A stretch of 63,388 nt of DNA, filler included, from Saprolegnia diclina VS20 (Eukaryota): NCBI RefSeq assembly GCF_000281045.1. It is 5 parts of 2 records of this genome, joined end to end, with 100 filler letters (N's around TTAATTAATTAA, not from the genome) between each part and the next. Parts side by side here need not be neighbours in the genome. Positions count along the whole stretch, not along the records: positions 33,554 to 59,365 come from NW_008246120.1; positions 59,466 to 62,250 come from NW_008246121.1; positions 62,351 to 63,388 come from NW_008246121.1; 2 more parts are not named here. One strand, given 5' to 3'. Below are positions 57,541-63,388 of the stretch, in pieces; position 1 is the first letter of the stretch, and the number at the start of each line of letters is the position of its first letter. A model generated the notes under the pieces. That model did no database searches and had not been told where the DNA came from. It saw only the letters and a program-made list of their open reading frames with translations. Made by a program: the position numbers and the translations under genes.

Positions 57541-59050
57541 ATCGGCGACGAGCGCATGGAGTTTGACCAGTGCTACGACGAGACAGCGACGCAGCACGAG
57601 CTCTTCCGGCGCGAGATGGCCGGCGCGATCCCGCTCGCCTTTGACGGCAAGAGCACGACGCTCATCGCGTACGGTCCAAGCAAGAGCGGCAAGACGTTTA
57701 CGGTTGACGGATCGACGACGAGCGCGGGCCTCGTACCCCGCACGATGCAGCGCTTGCTCCAGTTCCAGCACGCATCAGCGCCCCTGCATACGATCCAGCT
57801 GAGCGTCCTCGAGATCCACCGCAACAAAGTCTTCGATCTTCTCGATACGAATAGCGATCGAACCGACCTCCCGATCCGGCAGTCGGCGACAGGCAGCGTT
57901 GTCGTTCCCGGTCTCGCCCGGCTGCCGATCACGACGCTCGCGCAGTTTACTAGGCTCTACGAACAGGCGAGCTGCGCCCAAAGCTGCGAAAGCCACAAAG
58001 TCGTCACGTTCTCGGTGCAAACGACCGGCGTCGACGGCGAACCGAAGACCGGGACCATCCATCTCGTGGACTTGGCCCGCGTCGACGAGTCGCATCGACG
58101 GAGCCTGCAGCCTCGGTCCAGCGACAGCAGCAGCAACGCGATGACGTTCTTCGTCCTCGGCAAAGTTCTCAGTGCGATCAACGAAGGCAAGTCGCTGGCG
58201 CACATGCCGTTCCGCGATAGCAAGCTCACGCGCCTTTTGCACGACGGACTCTGCCGCGATGTGCATGCAGCGACGCTGATCTGCACCGTCTCGACGGCCA
58301 ACGTCGACGACGCCTTGCACGCACTGCAATACGCAGCCAAGGTCCGTCTCCCAACGACGTACCGAAGCCCGATGCGAATGGCGTCCGAGACGTCGCCACC
58401 CCCCGAACCGACGCCAACGCTCAGCTCCCTCGAAGAGCGCCTGGAAGCGTGGCGTCAGAGTTAACACACAAAGACGCCCGAGACGACAAAGCGTCCGCGG
58501 GCAGTAAGCCTTGCATCGGACGAGCCAGTGAAAAAGCCAAAGCTCGAGTCGCCACCCAAGACGCCAGTCACTCTCAAGGCGGCGCCAACGGGCACACCCA
58601 AGACACCGAGCCGGATTCCGATGCGGCGGGAGAACATTGTTCCGCTAACGACCGCGCGCAAGCCGCTGAGGTAAGCAAAATGGCCCCTCGGACTGTAGTT
58701 TGACTCTACGTAGCAACCTCACCAACCTCCCACCGACCATCACGCCGACCAAGGATGCGTACCAGACCCCCGAGAAGGTCAGCAAACCTAGGTACGATCA
58801 AGATCTGATATTAAGCTAAGGAGGTTGTAGTGCTGTTGATACCATTCGCAAGCTTTTGCACTTGGCCATGGCGTTTGAGAAGCGCGATCGGCTGGCCGCG
58901 GCCCTCGCCGTGTACAACTGCACGAATCGCCTTCTTCCAGCAACCAACACCAAGCTCAAAGCGCGTATTCACCGCCTCACAACCGAGCTGATGAGTGCGC
59001 ATCACATGGTGGTGGATCTCAAAGCACCGATCGAGACGACGCTGCAAGTA
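57541..59050 (+). pseudogene. 5'-truncated duplicate of the kinesin-like gene, same in-frame TAA (58462-58464)
   Basis: Near-identical to 44564-46030. Lacks the first ~42 codons and is fused to the nuclease-gene downstream flank. Confidence 0.85.
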
Positions 59051-59255
59051 CGTTGCGCCAAACATTGCGGCTTGTTGATTTCTTTCTCTTGACTGCGACG
59101 ATACCTCGTTTCACGCACATCAGCCATTGGGATAGGGATACTCTGCATGTTGTATACTCTGTTCTATCCTCGGTGCACCTCTATCTCGACGGTCAAACAT
59201 TGCAGATAGATAGATGTATAGGTATGTAGATGGATCGGACTGCATCAACACCCCA

Positions 59256-59270
59256 GATATATATATATAT

Positions 59271-59364
<94 letters not shown>
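59256..59364. repeat. (AT)n plus (AGAT)n microsatellite at contig end
   Basis: Directly visible, more than 20 AGAT units running into a gap. Confidence 0.97.
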
Positions 59365-59365
<1 letters not shown>

Positions 59366-59470
59366 NNNNNNNNNNNNNNNNNNNNNNNNNNNNNNNNNNN
59401 NNNNNNNNNTTAATTAATTAANNNNNNNNNNNNNNNNNNNNNNNNNNNNNNNNNNNNNNNNNNNNCTAGT

Positions 59471-61995
59471 CTAGCTCGACACCTTCGTTTTGAGCAAACT
59501 CGCAATACGTAGCATACTCGGACGGGGGTCCGGATCGCACGACAAGCACTGCGACGCGAGATCCACAACCCACGCCGGCGTCGTCTCCGTCTCGAACGTT
59601 GGCGCGAGCTCGCCCGCCGCGACCTGGTGCATGATGAACTGCTGGTGCATCGGCTTGTTGGTGCGCGGGTTGACCATGTCGGCGTACGGCACACGGTGCG
59701 TCGAGTACTCGGACAGCAAGACCCCTACCCCTTCTATCAGAACCTAGCCCTAAGAATGGAAGATGTACCAAACGAGTAGACGTCAGCCGCCGTCGAGTAG
59801 TCGTGGCCCGTTGAAATCTCGGGCGCCATCCACTGGTACGTGCCGATACCGTTCGTAAGGGTCTCTTCGTCCATCTCACGGGACTCGCCAAAGTCCGTGA
59901 GCTTGGTCCCCTATCCCCATCTTTCTCCGTGAGACATTGGCGTGTATCGGTGGAGAGTGGACCTTCTGTGAGTCGAGGAGGACGTTGCGGGACTTGAGAT
60001 CGCGGTGGATGATCGGCGTCTCAAACGTATGCAGGTACATGAGCCCTTGGGCCACTTGGAAAATGCTGGTTAGCTTTTGGTCCCAGTGGTAGTCGTCGTG
60101 TGACATGGCCGTGAGAAACGACCGGAGATCGCCCAAGTCCATGAGCTCGACGACGCACTCGAGGTCCGTTAGGCGTGTCCAGCTCGCACCAACGAGATGC
60201 ACAATGAACGGACAGTCGATTCTACGCAAATTTGAACTTCGAAAAAAGATATATCAACCAACCTCGACAAGAGAAGAATTTCAGCCGACATTTTCGCAAT
60301 CGCTTTGGCCGACTTGTCTTTTGTCCGCTTGATCGCGACCGGCTGCTGCAAATACATGCCGCGCCAGACCTCGCCATGGGCGCCAGCGGCGAGCGGGGCG
60401 TCGTCGACCACCACGAGCTCGTGATGTTCGAGGCGCAGCAAGCGGAGACGGTCGAGGTCCACGTCTGCACCACGCACCGCGTTACTCGACGGTAGCGACC
60501 CCGTAATCGTCGTTTTTGTTGTTGGCGACTTGGCACTCCTTCTAGGTGCCGCGTTACGGCGCTTCCAGCAGCAGTAGCCCACGATGAGCAGCACGACAAC
60601 GGCGACGCCGACACTGACACTGTACACGACTACAAGCATTCGCATGTAGCACAAGTCACTTCAAAGACGCACCATTCAAAGAGGTGTCTTCTGTCGGTGC
60701 CGGCGTGGTTGGCACCACCTTTGGCGTCAATGTCGCCAAGGTCGGCTCCATCGATCCCGTTGCTGGGTCGGCAGTTGGTGCTTTCGTAGCCTCTATCAAT
60801 CGTCATTTTGCTCATACAGTTGCCCAACAAAGACTGACATACCGTGCACGACGCACACCGAGTAGGACGCCGGTGCCGCCCAGAGAGGCTGCAGAACACC
60901 ACCGGCGCGAGTGCAGGCCGTCGTGTTGAGGTCGGTTTTGAAGTTGTTGACTTCGTACCCGATGTAGTTGGAGGCGGGGGTGAGGCTGTTGAGGATGTCG
61001 TAGGCTGGCTTGGCCAAGACGAACGATGTGAGCGTGCCAGAGATGGCGCTACGAGACGTTGAGTCAGAGTCGATATACGATGTGCGCTACTACGGACAAG
61101 TAGTTGAGCTTGGACCCGAAGGTCACATTCTGAATACGCGCAACGGGTGCATTGTAGAGCGAACTAGATCGCAATCGTACGACTTCGCACACTCTCGGCA
61201 GGTACATGTAGACGAGATTGCCAAAGTCGACGTTCGTAATGTCACTGATAGGGTTGCCAGCAAGACTCCTATGCCAGCATGAGATGCAAACTACACGATG
61301 CGACGATGACAAGTGCGTCCACGTGGACAGGACACTCGGGATCGTGTGGACGCCCATGTCGTCCCAGCGCCTACGACAGAACGTGACGACAGGCCGACAC
61401 ATTGGACGTACAGGAAGGTGACGGACGGCGGTAGCTTGGTTGGGACTTGGGTCGTATTGCCCGCGTTGAGCTTTCTAGCATAGCGTCAGCTATCGCCACC
61501 AGCAAGCACCGAACATGGACGTGAGCGTCGATGGCCACTCAAAGTCGGCCTTCAAGTTGGCCACGTACGACGCTTGACTAGTAGATGACGTGAGTGTTCG
61601 AGCATCGAGTGCTTATGGCAACGACGCACAATGATCTGAGGCCCGTCTTGGGCAAGACCATGCTCGCCAGGCACGCATGCGAGTTGACCGACCCTTGGAT
61701 GGTCCTACGCAGCGTCATGAGAGGCGGCGCCGAGTTTGCGGCAGTACAGCGTGCTGAGGCCATAGAGCGACATGTCGCCGACGGCGCTGGCAATGTAGCT
61801 ACCCGGGCCATTCGCGTCAGCCTCCAAGGTCGCGTCCCGGAGGTAGCTGCAGGTGCGGTTGACGAGGCATGGCGTGGACGGAGTAGGGCACAGCGCGTTG
61901 CTCACGAGGATCGCATTGGCGCCAGCGTTAGCATACGGGCACGAGGTGGCTGCCATGGCGGCGGTCGCTATCGCCAGCACGAGGAGGGCAAAAGG
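59471..61995 (-). CDS. LRR receptor-like TKL kinase (signal peptide, Cys-rich/LRR ectodomain, TM, kinase), multi-exon; start codon unresolved
   Basis: FALLVLAIATAAMA, SLAGNPISDI, TM VGVAVVVLLIVGYCCWKRR, LAAGAHGEVWRG, VAIK, IIHRDLKSRNVLL, KLTDFG, GTYQWMAPE, ADVYSF. Confidence 0.88.
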
Positions 61996-62387
61996 TCAAG
62001 TGGGCGACGGTCTTTCTCAACTTGCACCATGGTGGGATATGCGTGTAAAACCTTGTGGTGGCACGGATTGGCTGAAAAGCAAGCCAATACAGGACACGGA
62101 TTGGCTGGATTGGCCCGCGAGGTGTTTTACACCATAAACCCTAAATCGAGGGATTTTAGACTGTATCATATCACAAAACGGCAGTACACGCAACGACTGC
62201 TGTGTCGGATTGTGAGTTGGCGCGTCAAATCGCCGCCGACACCATGTTCANNNNNNNNNNNNNNNNNNNNNNNNNNNNNNNNNNNNNNNNNNNNTTAATT
62301 AATTAANNNNNNNNNNNNNNNNNNNNNNNNNNNNNNNNNNNNNNNNNNNNGACGGCGGGCTCTACCGCGGCAGTGTCGGTCATGGTG

Positions 62388-62870
62388 TCAAAGTGCAAAG
62401 TCAACTGTGTGGGTTGTGAAACAGATGGTCTTGGGTCCGGCGCTGAATGGCTGCTCGCTCCAACTTCTTTCCCAAGTCGAGTGCAATGCGACCGAGCGTC
62501 GCACAAAGGGCACGTGGCTGTGCGGTTCGACGACCGCGAGTGATGGCACAAGCGTCTCTATCAGCTTGCGTAATCCGGGCACGTACCACGACCATGGCAG
62601 GGTCGCCGCCGCAGCCATGACGAGCGAGTCCTGCGCGGCAATGCTGGCAATGCGCAGCGTCAGTCGCTGAAGAATCGTCGGCCGGTTCGTCGCTACGATT
62701 GAGGGAGATTGATACGTGTATATATGCTCCTTGCTACGATGGACGGGCAGCCGGCCCTCGGCGGTGCACGTGACGTCGTCGCCCGTCATGGCCTCATGGG
62801 GCAGCCACAAGCAAGCGCTCGTCGAGTCGGCCTCGGTCGGCGCCGCCGAGCGCTTCCTGCTCGTCCGCAT
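62388..62870 (-). CDS. Hypothetical protein (possible exons)
   Basis: Open frame with GC-rich codons only; no recognisable motif. Confidence 0.25.
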   Translation of the reverse strand: MRTSRKRSAAPTEADSTSACLWLPHEAMTGDDVTCTAEGRLPVHRSKEHIYTYQSPSIVATNRPTILQRLTLRIASIAAQDSLVMAAAATLPWSWYVPGLRKLIETLVPSLAVVEPHSHVPFVRRSVALHSTWERSWSEQPFSAGPKTICFTTHTVDFAL

Positions 62871-63388
62871 GCAGGCTCCGTGCTCGTCGCTCGTCGTCGT
62901 GCTCGTGCCGGATCGGCCTTGTGCTCGATCTGTGCAGCAATTAAATATGTCGTCCAATCACACGCCGTGTTTGTCATATATTTTAGCCAATCCCACTGGA
63001 CTAAAAGCAATCGCCAATCACACGCCATACACGTGGCGGCCCGACGAGCGGTTTCGCGTGCACGACGTTGGGAGCGAATGCGAAATACAGTATTGGTGAC
63101 GCGCGAAGCGGATACGCTGGAAGGACGCACGTAGAAGCACTGCCATTGGTACCTCGGCCGCTGTCTATACTGCGTTTCTATTCCCTGCTGCCTCCAGTTG
63201 TACGGGGGCACGACCGTCCTTTCGATGTGCAACCACATCACTACATTACTGCGAGCATGAGTGGCGTCATCCTACGCATACAGTGTTCTAGTCCCATTAA
63301 ATTCGTCCAAGCAGCTGTACGTAGCGACAGGACGCACGCCACTGCATCGCTGATGTCAACCACGAAGGAGCTTCGAAAGGCGAGCATG

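Overview
Eukaryotic, GC-rich draft sequence with short GT..AG introns. The gene content (GPCR-adenylate cyclase fusion, LRR receptor-like TKL kinase, CDPK, CCT protein, intron-containing LpxA, RNI-like LRR proteins) points to an oomycete, probably Saprolegniales (inference). Four N-flanked TTAATTAATTAA linkers (19446, 33498, 59410, 62295) split the window into five pieces whose adjacency is unproven. Recognisable genes: two tandem ABCC transporters, LRR proteins, a CCT protein, a PDZ-UBA protein, SDF2-like, DUF2306-like, an ankyrin-TRP-like channel, GPCR-AC, BLOC1S2, LpxA, a mitochondrial carrier, an ANK(-TPR) protein, ZPR1, two kinesin-like copies, a DIS3-like RNase, CDPK, a Q/P-rich protein and an LRR-RLK. 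The most striking signal is a multicopy, apparently intronless gene family predicted to have a PD-(D/E)XK (Uma2/Crinkler-REase-like) nuclease fold. It has at least seven copies, fragments or pseudogenes in both orientations. Several share a sharp upstream boundary, and they sit among inverted duplications, deletions and captured pieces of neighbouring genes (33.6-59 kb). This is a candidate selfish or rearrangement-associated nuclease cassette, although haplotype or assembly effects must be excluded.
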